Part shown: positions 11,086 through 22,076 of the stretch, piece by piece | Position numbering within the stretch: position 1 is the first letter of the stretch | Layout of the letters: each line of letters starts with the position of its first letter | NCBI GenBank assembly: GCA_963422645.2 | Contig: CAXXVO010000008.1 | Span: 448,001-512,000 of the forward strand | DNA length: 64,000 bases | Direction of reading: 5' to 3' | Origin: Alphaproteobacteria bacterium | GTDB lineage: Bacteria > Pseudomonadota > Alphaproteobacteria > UBA828 | Position numbers and translations under genes: made by a program | Notes under the pieces: generated by a model | Told to the model about the DNA's origin: nothing | The model's database searches: none | Seen by the model: the letters and a program-made list of their open reading frames with translations, nothing else

Positions 11086-11185
11086 TCCAGCTTTGCCCGC
11101 AATGGCTAAAAGGGCAGCGTGACAGCAGCATGGCGGTCCGTCACCCTTGGCCCCTGCTCCCGACCGAGATGCGCGAGACCAGCCC

Positions 11186-12724
11186 ATGCGCACAATCCGC
11201 CACCTGAGACACTTGGCAATTGCCCTTGTGACCCTCGTTTTGTTGAGTTCAGCAGCACTCCCCGCCCTGGCTGCGCCGCTTACGCTCACACTCGTCCACG
11301 TTAACGACTGGGACCAGATGGCGGGGGTCGGCGGCGCAGGCGGCGCTGCGAAGATCGCTACCGTGGTCGCCGAAGAACGTGCGCGGGCGGAGGCCGAGGG
11401 CGGCCTTGCGGTGGTTACCTTCGGTGGCGACATGATCTCGCCCTCCGTGCTCTCCGGAATCGACAAGGGCGCGCATATGATCGATCTCGCCAATGCCGTT
11501 GGCTTCGACGTGGCGGTCCTTGGCAACCACGAGTTCGATTTCGGCCCTGATGTGCTGGAGGAGCGGCTCGCGGAGTCGGAAACGGTCTGGCTCGCGGGCA
11601 ACGTAACGATCGCGGGCCGCGGCTTTCCCGGCACCACGGCCACGGCGGTGGTGGAGAGGGACGGCTACCGGATCGGCTTTCTCGGCCTGGTCACACCAGA
11701 GACCCCCGTGATTTCGAGTCCCGGCCCCGATGTCGCCTTCGCGCCCGCTGCGGAGGCAGGCGCCCGTCTTGCCGAAAATTCGAGGGCGGAGGGCGCCGAC
11801 ATCGTCATCGCGCTGACTCATCAGGGGCTCGGCGCGGACCTGGAGTTGCTGCGCAAAGTGCAGGGAATCGATGTCGTGCTCGGCGGCCACGATCATCTGT
11901 TGATCGCCCACCATGATGGCCGACACGCAGTGATGAAGGCGGGTTCCCAGGGCCGCCACGTCGGCGTGCTCACACTGAAGATCGACCGTGTAGAAGGCCA
12001 CGGCGGCGCAACCAAGGTCGTCTGGACACCGGACTTCCGCCTCCGCTCGACTGCGGCCACCGAAGGCGATGCCAAACTGGCCGCAAGGGTTCGTGACTAT
12101 CAGGCGCGCCTCGACGAGAGCCTGGACGTCGTGATCGGCGAGACCGCGGTGGAACTCAGCACCCGCGGCTTCCTGCGCGGATCGGCCGAGACCGCCTTTG
12201 GCAATCTGCTGGCCGACGCCATGCGTCTGGCGACGGGCGCCGACATTGCGCTCACCAACGGCGGCGGCATTCGCGGCGACACGGTCTATCCGCCTGGCTC
12301 CCGCCTCACCCGCAAGATGGTGCTGACGGAGCTTCCTTTCGGCAACAAGACCGTGGTGCTCCGCCTGACCGGCGCTCAGGTGCGGGAGGCCTTGGAGAAC
12401 GGGGTGAGCCGTGCCGAGAACCCCTCGGGCCGCTTCCCGCAGGTCTCGGGCCTCGCCTTCACTTTCGACGCGCGCAAGCCGCCGGGCGATCGCGTGACGA
12501 GCGTCACGGTGGCCGGCGCGCCGCTGGAGGAGGGCAAGACCTACACGCTTGCGACCAACAATTTCCTCGCGAAGGGCGGCGACGATTATCGCGTATTCAG
12601 GGGCGGCGAGGTGCTGGTCGACTCAGCGTCCGGCAGTCTGATGGCCGGCCAGCTCATCGACCACATCATTGCGGCTGGTGCGGTTTCTCCCGTGATCGAG
12701 GGTCGGATCACCCGCGTGGACTGA
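11186..12724 (+). CDS. Exported bifunctional metallophosphatase/5'-nucleotidase (UshA-like)
   Basis: Signal peptide, HVND, GGD, LGNHEFD, GGHDH, NGGGIR, FPQVSG. Confidence 0.9.
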   Translation: MRTIRHLRHLAIALVTLVLLSSAALPALAAPLTLTLVHVNDWDQMAGVGGAGGAAKIATVVAEERARAEAEGGLAVVTFGGDMISPSVLSGIDKGAHMIDLANAVGFDVAVLGNHEFDFGPDVLEERLAESETVWLAGNVTIAGRGFPGTTATAVVERDGYRIGFLGLVTPETPVISSPGPDVAFAPAAEAGARLAENSRAEGADIVIALTHQGLGADLELLRKVQGIDVVLGGHDHLLIAHHDGRHAVMKAGSQGRHVGVLTLKIDRVEGHGGATKVVWTPDFRLRSTAATEGDAKLAARVRDYQARLDESLDVVIGETAVELSTRGFLRGSAETAFGNLLADAMRLATGADIALTNGGGIRGDTVYPPGSRLTRKMVLTELPFGNKTVVLRLTGAQVREALENGVSRAENPSGRFPQVSGLAFTFDARKPPGDRVTSVTVAGAPLEEGKTYTLATNNFLAKGGDDYRVFRGGEVLVDSASGSLMAGQLIDHIIAAGAVSPVIEGRITRVD

Positions 12725-12832
12725 GGCATATCGCACATTGCACGAGAGAATTGCGGACCGGCGGGTTTCGCACCACGGTCATGCCACCCCCAACACCCAG
12801 AACGGTATCCCTCCAATGAGGAGCAGGCGACG

Positions 12833-13783
12833 ATGACACTTCTGAAATTCATGCCCCGCTCAGTGCGCGTCCTGATCGCCGGCCTCGTCACAGCCCTGCT
12901 GCTGACGGCGACCGCGCCGGCAGACGCGCATGCCATTCGCGACGAGACCCCGCGCATCGCCGTGGTCTCCGCCTTCGCGCCGGAACTCGTGATCCTTCAG
13001 GGGGAGATGGGAGGCGCGACGACGCAATCGGTCAACGGTGTCGCCTTCACCACCGGCACCCTGGAGGGGCGTGATGTGGTGCTCTTCCTGAGCGGGATCA
13101 GCGTGGTCAACGCGGCCATGACGGTGCAGCTTGCGCTGGATCACTTCGCCATCGAGCGCATCGTGTTCTCGGGGATCGCCGGCGGCGTGGACCCCGACCT
13201 CAACATTGGCGATGTCGTGATCGCAGACCGCTGGGGGCAATACCTGGAGATGGCCTTCGCCCGCGAGGTGGAGGATGGCTGGATGACGATGCCCTTCTTT
13301 GAGTACCCCCACGGGAACTTCGGCATGATGTTCCCGCGTTCGGTCACTGTGCTCCGCCCCGGTGCCGAGGTGCCCGAAACCCGGTTCTGGTTCCCTGTAG
13401 ACGAAGCGCTGCTCGCCAGCGCCGGCAGCGCGGCGAACGATGTGACGCTCGCCCGCTGCACGGCGGAGGACAGGTGCCTCGAGGCGGCGCCCAAGATCCT
13501 TGTCGGCGGCTCAGGTGTCTCGGGCAGCGCCTTCATCGACAACGCGGCCTTCCGCACCTGGGCCTTCGAGACCTTCGGCGCGCGGGTGCTGGACATGGAG
13601 AGTGCTGCCGTCGCCCACGTGGCCTACGCCAACGACGTGCCCTTCCTTGCCGTCCGCAGCCTCGCGGATCTGGCCGGCGGGAGCGAAGGGGCGAACCAGA
13701 TGGAGGTTTTCTTGGGCCTCGCAGCGGGCAACGCAGCGACGGTGGTCAAGGCACTGCTCAGGGCGATGCCAGGCGAAAATTGA
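12833..13783 (+). CDS. Exported 5'-methylthioadenosine/SAH nucleosidase-family protein
   Basis: Signal peptide; SGIS.VNAA, FSGIAGG, DMESAAVAHVA, RSLADLAG. Confidence 0.85.
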   Translation: MTLLKFMPRSVRVLIAGLVTALLLTATAPADAHAIRDETPRIAVVSAFAPELVILQGEMGGATTQSVNGVAFTTGTLEGRDVVLFLSGISVVNAAMTVQLALDHFAIERIVFSGIAGGVDPDLNIGDVVIADRWGQYLEMAFAREVEDGWMTMPFFEYPHGNFGMMFPRSVTVLRPGAEVPETRFWFPVDEALLASAGSAANDVTLARCTAEDRCLEAAPKILVGGSGVSGSAFIDNAAFRTWAFETFGARVLDMESAAVAHVAYANDVPFLAVRSLADLAGGSEGANQMEVFLGLAAGNAATVVKALLRAMPGEN

Positions 13784-13816
13784 CCGCGCCGGTGCTTGCG
13801 CGGCCCCCTCGCCCGC

Positions 13817-14446
13817 TCAGGTAATGAAGGGGATGAGCACCATGACGCCGAGGGTGACGACGGCGAGCCCGATTGCCGCGACCGCGCCGTAGCGGTGCTC
13901 GAGGATGCGCTGGGCCCTGGGCCCCAGATACCAGAGTATCGCGGCCTCGACGTAGAAGCGCATGCCTCTGGCGACGAGCGACGCCAGGATGAAGGCGCCC
14001 ACGTTCAGGTGTGCGGCGCCGCTGGCGACGGCGACCAGCTTGTACGGCAAGGGCGTCAGCGCCCCGGCGGCGACGAACCAGGCGCCCCACCTGTCCCTGT
14101 ACTCGTAGAACGTCTCGAGGTCGCCGGCGTGGCCTGAGATGGCGAGCAAAGGCTCGCCCAGCCAGTCGTAGAGAAAGTAGCCGATCAGATAGCCGGTCAG
14201 GCCGCCGCCGACTGACGACACCGTGGCGATGCCGGCGAAGAGCCACGCCTTGGCGCGCTTGGCCAGCACCATGGGAATGAGCAGCAGGTCCGGCGGCACC
14301 GGCAGGAATAGGCTCTGCAAGTAGCAAAGGCCCGCCAGCACCCAGACGGCGCGGCGCGTGCCGGCACTCTGCATTGCCCAGTCGTAGAGCCGTCGGAGGA
14401 GATGGCGCTGCCTTCTCGCCGCCGGCGTAGCGCTGTCGTCGGTCAT
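13817..14446 (-). CDS. YqaA-like DedA/VTT membrane protein
   Basis: FLPVPPDLLLIPM, SVGGGLTGY, TPLPYK, ARGMRF. Confidence 0.85.
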   Translation of the reverse strand: MTDDSATPAARRQRHLLRRLYDWAMQSAGTRRAVWVLAGLCYLQSLFLPVPPDLLLIPMVLAKRAKAWLFAGIATVSSVGGGLTGYLIGYFLYDWLGEPLLAISGHAGDLETFYEYRDRWGAWFVAAGALTPLPYKLVAVASGAAHLNVGAFILASLVARGMRFYVEAAILWYLGPRAQRILEHRYGAVAAIGLAVVTLGVMVLIPFIT

Positions 14447-14505
14447 GTCGGATACGTGTGAACGGCCCCGGAGCTGCGGCGCGCGCGGATGGAGGGAGCC
14501 GGAGT

Positions 14506-15816
14506 CTACCCCCTAAACAGCTTGCGGTCTTTGTACTTGTTCCACGCCACCGCGAGCGGCAGGAACCAGGGACGGCCGGTGTAGAACGGCTTGGTCGGGA
14601 AGGGCCGGCCGTCGAAGGGGCTCGTGGCCTCGGGGTCTTCCAGCACGCGGAGCGCGGTCTTGTGGCCGAGATAGGTGCCCATGGGCACACCGGAGCCGCA
14701 CCAGCCCATGGCGTACTCGACGCCGTCGTGACTCCCGGTGTGCGGCATCATGTCGAAGGTAAAGGCGGTCTTGCCGGTCCAGCAATGGCTGATCTTCACG
14801 CCTTCCAGAGAAGGGACGATTTGCACCATGGCATCGTGCAGGTAACGCGCCTTCTGCACTAGGTCGGCGGGCGGCTCGGCGCTAAGCCCGCCGAAGAGAA
14901 TCCGCATGCCGTCCTCGTTGGGCCGGATCCAGCAGGGTGAGTAGCGGTGCTCGACCATAGGCTTGCCGCCCGGCGCGATATGCTCGACTCGATCCTCCGG
15001 CAAGGGCTCGGTCGCGATCATGAAGGCGTCGACCGGCACCACGCGGCGCCGCAGCCATTGGGCGGCCTTGGGCGTATACCCGTTGGTCGCGACGATCACG
15101 TGGCCCGTCCGAACCGTTCCGCGCAGCGTCGACACGCGGAAGCCGCTGCCGGTGCGCTCGATGGCCTGCACCGGGCAGTGGCCGATGATGCGCGCGCCGT
15201 CTCGCGCGGCCCGCTCCAGCAGGCCCGCGTGGTAGAGGCCCGCATGGATCGTCCCGTTGCCGCGCAGGATCTGGCCGCCGTGGTAATGCCCTTTGCGGTA
15301 GGCCGGCGGTGCCATGTCGGGCTCGACCATCTCGGCATCGACCGGGACACCGTCCTCCCGCATCATGGCGAGATCGCGCGCGAGGCCGTCGAACACGCGC
15401 TTGGACGGTGCGGCGATGAAGCGCCCGGTGTTGCGGTAGAAGCAGGCGATCTGCTCGCGCTCGATCAGGGAGGCCGCGTAGTCGTGGGCTGCGATCGCCG
15501 CGCGGCAGATCTCTGCGGCCCGCTCGCGCCCGAGCTGCGGCACCATGTCGCCGTACTTGTGCCAGACCTGGCGACCGAGATAGCCGGCGTTCCGCGTGCT
15601 GGCGCCGTGGCCCGCGGCCTCCGCATCGAGGACCACCGGCTCGCGGCCCCGGCGCGCGAGGGTGAGCGCGGCGGATAGCCCCACATTGCCGGCGCCCACG
15701 ATCACCACCTCGGCCTCACCCGGCGGCGCCTCATCGGTAATGTCCGGCCGCGGCGCCAAGTCCCACCAATAGGGCGTGGCCTTGAAATCCGCCGAAAGCA
15801 CACCGCCACCCGCCAT
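14506..15816 (-). CDS. FAD-dependent oxidoreductase (DadA/PuuB family)
   Basis: VIVGAGNVG, GASTRNAG, ATNGY, FTFDMMPH. Confidence 0.85.
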   Translation of the reverse strand: MAGGGVLSADFKATPYWWDLAPRPDITDEAPPGEAEVVIVGAGNVGLSAALTLARRGREPVVLDAEAAGHGASTRNAGYLGRQVWHKYGDMVPQLGRERAAEICRAAIAAHDYAASLIEREQIACFYRNTGRFIAAPSKRVFDGLARDLAMMREDGVPVDAEMVEPDMAPPAYRKGHYHGGQILRGNGTIHAGLYHAGLLERAARDGARIIGHCPVQAIERTGSGFRVSTLRGTVRTGHVIVATNGYTPKAAQWLRRRVVPVDAFMIATEPLPEDRVEHIAPGGKPMVEHRYSPCWIRPNEDGMRILFGGLSAEPPADLVQKARYLHDAMVQIVPSLEGVKISHCWTGKTAFTFDMMPHTGSHDGVEYAMGWCGSGVPMGTYLGHKTALRVLEDPEATSPFDGRPFPTKPFYTGRPWFLPLAVAWNKYKDRKLFRG

Positions 15817-16189
15817 CGCACCCTCCGCGCTTGGGCGCGCTAAGGTACCGCGACCGAACCATCCAACACTATGCCGGTGTGATATCGGGAGCCAACATTT
15901 TGCCTGCTAAACGCGAAGTCTGGGACGATTTGGCGAGGACGCGGAGAACTTCGCCGGTTTACCCCGACAAGCTGCCCTTCAGAATCCTGCATTCCACTGT
16001 CCGAACTGCATGACCGCCGTTCCCTGGAAACCGTCACGACTAACGGTAGTCTCACATCGCCACTTCAGGAGTCCACTGAAAGAGTACCAGAAGGAATTAA
16101 TCGGTCCCCGTGACCTGCCTTCTGAGAATCTAGACTACGGCTAGTGAGAAAATTCTCGGTTATGCTATTGACGACCAACTAGCGAAGGA

Positions 16190-16208
16190 CCGGCCCCCTT
16201 GGGGCCGG
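16190..16208 (-). terminator. GC-rich hairpin downstream of the orphan gene
   Basis: CCGGCCCC-CTT-GGGGCCGG; no clear U-tract. Confidence 0.35.
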
Positions 16209-16736
16209 CCAGACCTGCCGACAAGAGCTCGTCCCAAAGCACTCTCACCACGTAAGACCGCAACAGGTGGGGCAAACTTCTGATATCAACGAAGAATAAT
16301 AACCATTACAACCATCCCCACGATCATGCCGGCCATGAAGGCCTCCTGCACCATGGGCGGCATGTATTGCTGCACGTTAGTCTGCCATTGGTCGACATCA
16401 AAAGTTTCAGGATTATCCGAAAAGTACGATTTCGTGCCACTCACCAGTGCAGGGATATGTGGTGCCAAACGCGGGTCGACCGCAGCGAGTGCGATGCCGG
16501 CGAGAACCTCGTCCTCAGTCTTATTTTGCATAGCCTGTTTGTGTTCGTCGGTCAGAGGTGGGACCGTTCCCGCCGCTGCTATCGGCAGAAAGCCGCTTGC
16601 TGCCATCGTCGCAAACTCATAGGGCTGTGCGGGTGGTAGCGCCGGGAGAAGAGACGGGGGAAGTGGTTGGCTTTGATTTCCAAGTCCATGATACGGTGGG
16701 TACGATAGGTGCTGTAGCAATTGCAAAATTAGAAGA

Positions 16737-17787
16737 ACCGCTTATGCACATGGCTCCGGTTCGATCAACATGCTGTAGGTAAGGGGTTTTGCATTGGTGG
16801 CGATGCGGAAGAGCGAGCGGAAAGCAGCGTGGCGGGTTTTGCGGCGGTTGAAGCGAAAGGCGAACTCATCGAGATAGGCCTGCAGATGCTTGCGGCGCAG
16901 CCCGTGGTAGACGCCTCGCGCCCATCCTTTGAGGTTGGAGAAGACTTGGTGGATCCACGGCAGGACGAGGTGAGCGGCGGTCTTCCCGACGACATGGACA
17001 TTGTGGCGATCGGCGGGGACCGCAGCGTAGCCGGACCAGCCGTCGGTTTTCGCGATGGCGTCGGGATCGGCGGCGGTTTCGACGAAGTGTCCGAGGTCGG
17101 CGGCGCCGTAGGAGGAGATTTCGGCCAGCCGCAGGCGGCCCGGGATGGTTCCATCCCCCAGTTCGATGGCGCCGACGATGAGCATCTTGCCGTCGTGGCT
17201 GCGTCCTTGCCCTCCGGTGGGAGGATCGTCTTTGGTCCGGAATGGAAGGCTGGCCTCGTCGATTTCCACCAGGCCCGACAACGGGTTGCGCTCGGGGTCG
17301 ACCATGCTGGCGCGCAGCTTGTGGGCGAGCAGCCAAGCGCTGCGGTAAGAGCCGATACCGAGCTGTTTCTGGAGCTGCAGGGCAGAGATGCCGTTGGAGT
17401 GGGTCGCCATCAGGTAGGCGGCCCAGAACCAGACGGTGAGCGGCAGCTTGCTGGCGTGCAGGATCGTCCCGGCCGTCACCGAGGTCTGCCGGCGGCAGCC
17501 GGCGCACTCGAAGGTGTGTGCTTTTCTGCGCAGCGCCCATCCCTTTTCATGGCCGCACGCGGGACAGACGAAGCCGTCCGGCCAGCGCATTTCGATCAGC
17601 CAGGCGGCGCAGGCGTCATCGTCCGGGAACATGTGCTGGAAGGCGAGGAGGCTGTCGGCGACCTGTTTCATGTGGTGGCTCCGTCGGCAGGAACGTATAG
17701 GCAACATTCTACCCGTTCTCCCGCCCTAACCTCAACCTCAACATCTGGTGGCAAACTCTCGCGACCGGAGCCATGTGCATAAGCGGT
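16737..17787 (-). mobile_element. IS1595-family element (1051 bp)
   Basis: 24-bp IR ACCGCTTATGCACATGGCTCCGGT; 8-bp TSD TTAGAAGA. Confidence 0.93.
16742..17671 (-). CDS. IS1595 transposase
   Basis: RWPDGFVCPACG zinc ribbon, VEIDE, TDGW, YLDEFAFRFNRR. Confidence 0.93.
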   Translation of the reverse strand: MKQVADSLLAFQHMFPDDDACAAWLIEMRWPDGFVCPACGHEKGWALRRKAHTFECAGCRRQTSVTAGTILHASKLPLTVWFWAAYLMATHSNGISALQLQKQLGIGSYRSAWLLAHKLRASMVDPERNPLSGLVEIDEASLPFRTKDDPPTGGQGRSHDGKMLIVGAIELGDGTIPGRLRLAEISSYGAADLGHFVETAADPDAIAKTDGWSGYAAVPADRHNVHVVGKTAAHLVLPWIHQVFSNLKGWARGVYHGLRRKHLQAYLDEFAFRFNRRKTRHAAFRSLFRIATNAKPLTYSMLIEPEPCA

Positions 17788-18020
17788 TTAGAAGATACAA
17801 AGTGTTGGGAATAAACATGGTAGGTCTCTCCTCATTCCGCATCAGAAGGTAGATCGTAACTGCCCAGGTACCCCCTCTCTCTTATGGAACAAGCCAGTTC
17901 CTTTTGCGTCAACGCCCCCACGCCGCGGGAGTGCCTACTCTCTTGAGCGCGAGAGGATGATGAACGCCGCGTCGCGAACAAGATGAGAGGACAGCGATAC
18001 TCAGGATGAGCCGGAGAAGT

Positions 18021-21000
18021 TCAGGAGCGCAGTATCAGACTTCCTGACCTCGTGATGCTGGCTGTTCTGGGCAGCGTGCCGGGAACTCCTTGAATTCTGA
18101 TACATTTCGGTTGTTTCAGGCGGTTTTTCGCTGGGTGTCGCGCCCGAGGTCTGATAGTATAATTTGATACCAATTGCACGGTCTCAACCATGCCCAGTAC
18201 CCTCCCAATGTGCCCTCCAGAGGCGGTCTCGATCGGCAACAGCTGCTTCGCCGTCCTGATCTCGGACGACACCTTCACCTACTTTTCCAACCTCATTCCC
18301 TTTGACAGCCACGCCGCCGATGACCGCACGGCCATGCTCTTGCGGATCGGCCGCCTCGCGGCGATCAGCGCGGTCTCGCCGCAGGAACTGGCTGACGCTT
18401 TCGCTGTCTCGCGCGCGACGGTGCAGCGCGCACGACGGCGCTACCTGGCCGAGGGCGAAGCGGGGTTCATGAAGCCCCGGCGCGGTCGCGGGCCGTCGGT
18501 GTTCACTCCGGAGTTGGCGGAGAAGGCGACGGCGTTGCTGGCATCGGGCCTGAGCGGCTCTGCGGCGGCCCGGGTTCTCGGCGTGTCAGCGCCATCGGTC
18601 AACAAGTGGCGCCGTCAGGGACTGATCGGCAACACGGAGGCGGATGGGGAGCCCGGACGCTCAGCGCTGGCTGCGCCGCCTGACGCGGGTGCGGCTCCTG
18701 AAGGCCGTGTCGATGAAGAGAGTACCGGTGCCCCGGGGCCGGAGACGGCGCCGGGGCTGGAAGCGCAGCCGCAAACGGATCGCAGCGCGCGCGATCGGCG
18801 GGACCGGCAGGCGCCGATGGGGCGTGCGACTTGCGATGTTCCGGCTCGGGTTCTGGCCAGTTGTGGACAGGCGGGGCCGGTCGAACCGCAGTTCGCCGCC
18901 GCCGCCCGCGGTGTCCGCTTCGGCGGCGTGCTCGCCGCCCTGCCGGCCCTGCTGAAGGAAGGTCTTCTCTCCGAGACCGGTCTCCTGCCATTGCTGCCGA
19001 AGGGCTATTACGGCTTGCCTACGATCCTGCTCTTCCTGGCCTTCATGACCTTGGCGCGGGTGCGCAACCCCGAGAGCCTGCGCTACCAGGCGCCGGGCGA
19101 ATGGGGCGCCATTCTCGGCCTCGATCGCTGCCCCGAGGTCAAGACGCTGCGCCGCAAGATCGCTCTCATCGCCGACGACGAGGCCGGCGTGCGGGCGTGG
19201 CAGCTCGCCCTTGCCAGGCGCTGGCAAGGCCGACGAGCCGGAGCTCTGGGCGACGCTGGCCATCGACGGGCACGTCAAGGTCTACTCCGGCCGCAAGGGG
19301 CGCTTGCCCAAGCACTTCGTCTCGCGCGAGAAGCTGTGCCTGCCGGCGAGCGCCAGCTACTGGATCAACGCTCTGGGCGGCAAGCCGCTGCTCTGTCTGC
19401 ACAAGCCGCTGGACCCGAAGATGGTCGCGGCCATCGAAGCCGACGTGGTGCCGGCGCTGCAGGAGCTTGGGATCGTTGGCGCCGGGGCGCCGGACCTGAC
19501 CGCCGAGCATCCCGGCCAGCCGGCGCTCACCCTGGTCTTCGACCGCGAGGGCTGGAGCCCGGATCTGTTCCGCCGGCTGGCGAGGCGCGGCGTCGCCTGC
19601 CTGACCTGGCACAAGAACTTCAGGGGCGAGGACTGGCCGGCCGAGGACTTCGGCGCGATGACCGTTCCCATTCACGGACCGGCGGCGGACGGCAGCGCCA
19701 CCATGCGGCTGGCTGAGAAGCCGGTGACGTTGCCGAACGGCTTCAGGGTGCGCCAGATCCGCCGCCTGCTCGACAACGGCCGTCAGGTGCCGCTGATCAC
19801 CACCGATCCGCACAAGCCGATGGCTGAGGTTGCGGGCGCCATGTTCTCGCGCTGGTCGCAGGAGAACTTCTTCAAGTACATGCGTGACGAGTTCAATCTC
19901 GACGCCCTGCCGACCCACGAGCTCGAGCCTCTCGATCCCGCCGCCATGGTCGTCAACCCGCTGCGGCGGGCCTATGACAAGGCAATCCATCGCCTCGACC
20001 GCCAGCTTGGCCGCCTGCGCAACCGCATCGCCGACACGGCCCGGAAGAAGCAGCCGACGGCGGAACTCAGGAGGGAAGTCAGGGACCTCCAGGATGTCCG
20101 CGACATCGTCAGGGCCAGCCGCAGGGAGACGCCCAAGCACTGCCGGGCCGGCGACCTCGACGAAGCCGAGCAGCTCGATGCCTTGCCCGCGCGCGAGCGC
20201 CTCCTCCTCGACGTCATCCGGATGATCGCCTACCGCGCCGAAACCCGCATGATGATTCCCGTCATGCAGGCGCAGGGCCACAAGCCCCATCCCCGGAAAC
20301 TGCTTCAAGCGCTGCTCACCGCCGATGCCGACATCCTGCCGGATCCTGGCAATGGCCTCCTGCGGGTCCACATTCTTGGCCTCGCAAACGACGCCTGCGA
20401 CCGTTGGATCGATGCGGTTCTGAGCGACCTGAACGCCACCGAAACGGTCTTCCCCGGCACCCGTCTGCGCATAGTCTACGACATCGACGGGGCCTCGGAA
20501 TCCGCGCGGCTCGTGTCACCTAAAATCAGCAGAGGTCAGGAAGTCTGAGTATAGGGATCAGCTGCATCGGTTCCGGGTGCGCCAGGATTTGCAGGATGTT
20601 CCAGCCTTGCTTTCGAGCGGTGACGATGACGCTGCGCATTCCGGCGAAGTTGCAGGCGCCTTGCAGGGAGCGGAAGCCGCCTGAGATCTTCTCATGCACT
20701 TTGTTCATACGGATGTCACGCTCCGCCTCGTTATTCGTGAACGGCGTGCGCAGGTCGGTGAGGAAGCGCAGGCAGCCCTCCTTATGCTTTTGAAGGCGGC
20801 GCGCGAGGTTGTGGCCGATGCGGCGTTTCTTTCGCCCTCGCTTTGCGATCTGGAGCGGCGGTTGGGCCTCATGGAAGGCGATGGCTTCTTCGAGGATACG
20901 GTCCCATGCCCTTGAGATGCGGGCCACCAGGGAGGCGGGGACTTGACGGTCTTTCTCACGGGCGAAGCGGGCGGCCCTGCGCGCGCGCTGAAGCAGGCGG

Positions 21001-22076
21001 TGCATGCTCGCCGCCCATTCCTCCTTCTCGATGTCGATCAGGGCCTGGAGTTCGCGCAGGTGATGTGCGTTGCAGGCGCCGTGGCGGACGCCCTTGATGG
21101 TGAAGTAGGGGGCGAAGTCGTCGTGGACGAGGATGCCTTTCAGGTTCTTTTCGACATCGCCGCGTCCCTCGCCGATGCGCAGGACGGTGAGCAACGGGGT
21201 GCACAGCACATGGAGCCAGCGGGTACGGGCGGCGATACGCAGGCCGGTCTCGTCGAGGTGCTTGACCGGCGCCTGCGTGCGGATCAGATCGGCGACATGG
21301 TCGAGGAAGCCCTCGAAGCGCTGCGCTGTGCGCCGGCCCATGGCGGCGATCGTGGCAGTGGAGATGGACACCGCGAAGATGTCGCTCATGAGTTCGGCCA
21401 GACGCTTCTCGGGCACGAACTGGGCGTACAGCAGGTAACTCACCCAAGCGGTGATGCGAGGGCCGTACTGGACCGGGGCGGTGACGCCCGGCGGGAAGGC
21501 GGCTCGTGTCAGCGTGCCGCATGCGCCGCAGAGGCAGCGATGGGCGCGGTGTTCGGTGACCTCGAGAGGCTGCGGCTCGGGTACGTCGAAGACCTGCCGA
21601 CAGGCGGGCGCGCCTTGCCGGTCGGCGTCCGAGAGCTCGACGCCACAGCCGGAACAGGTGGAGGGGTGGTGATCGACGACACGGTCCGGGCTGTCGCTCC
21701 GCGCGAGGGTGGTTCCCTTGTGGCCGGGCTGGCCGCCACTGGGCCCGCCGGACTTTCCGCGCTGGCTTTGGGTGCGCCTCTGGGCTCCGCTTTTCTTCTT
21801 GAGCCCGTCGCTGGCGGGGGGCTTGCTGCTTGTGGTGCTGTTGAGGGCCGCGCTGCGCTCGAGTTCGGCGATGCGCTCGCGCAGGGCCGCGTTCTCCTGC
21901 TCGAGTGCGGCATTTTCCCGGGCGAGCGCGGTGGCTGATCGCAGCAGCCCCTGCCCCCATTCCCGGACGGCAACGACGACAGTGGTTGCGAGGGATGATG
22001 GCTCGAGAAGCTCCTTCAGGCAGCAGAAGGCCTCGTTACGGGCGGCGAGGTCTTCGTGCCAGTGCGACACCGTCAC
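18021..22076 (-). pseudogene. tnpC: IS66 type B transposase (GTG 22076), interrupted in its last codons by the type C IS; native stop at 18021
   Basis: HLDETG, CNAHHLREL, TNNEAERD; removing the insert gives ...QLIPILRS*; the read-through product ends ...ILRLPDLC and could still work. Confidence 0.85.
18036..20547 (+). mobile_element. Type C IS, copy 2 (transposase 18190-20548, frameshift near 19228)
   Basis: Same IRs; 5-bp TSD AGTAT. Confidence 0.9.

Larger units (their letters stand above)
16286..17818 (-). pseudogene. 157-aa orphan protein interrupted by IS1595
   Basis: RBS GAGGAG before ATG 17818; removing the IS and one TSD gives MFIPNTLYLLI in frame with ORF 16286-16726. Confidence 0.7.

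Noticed and set aside
15817-16285. ncRNA or tRNA in the long intergenic region
   Set aside because: Only small hairpins; no cloverleaf or known riboswitch motif recognised
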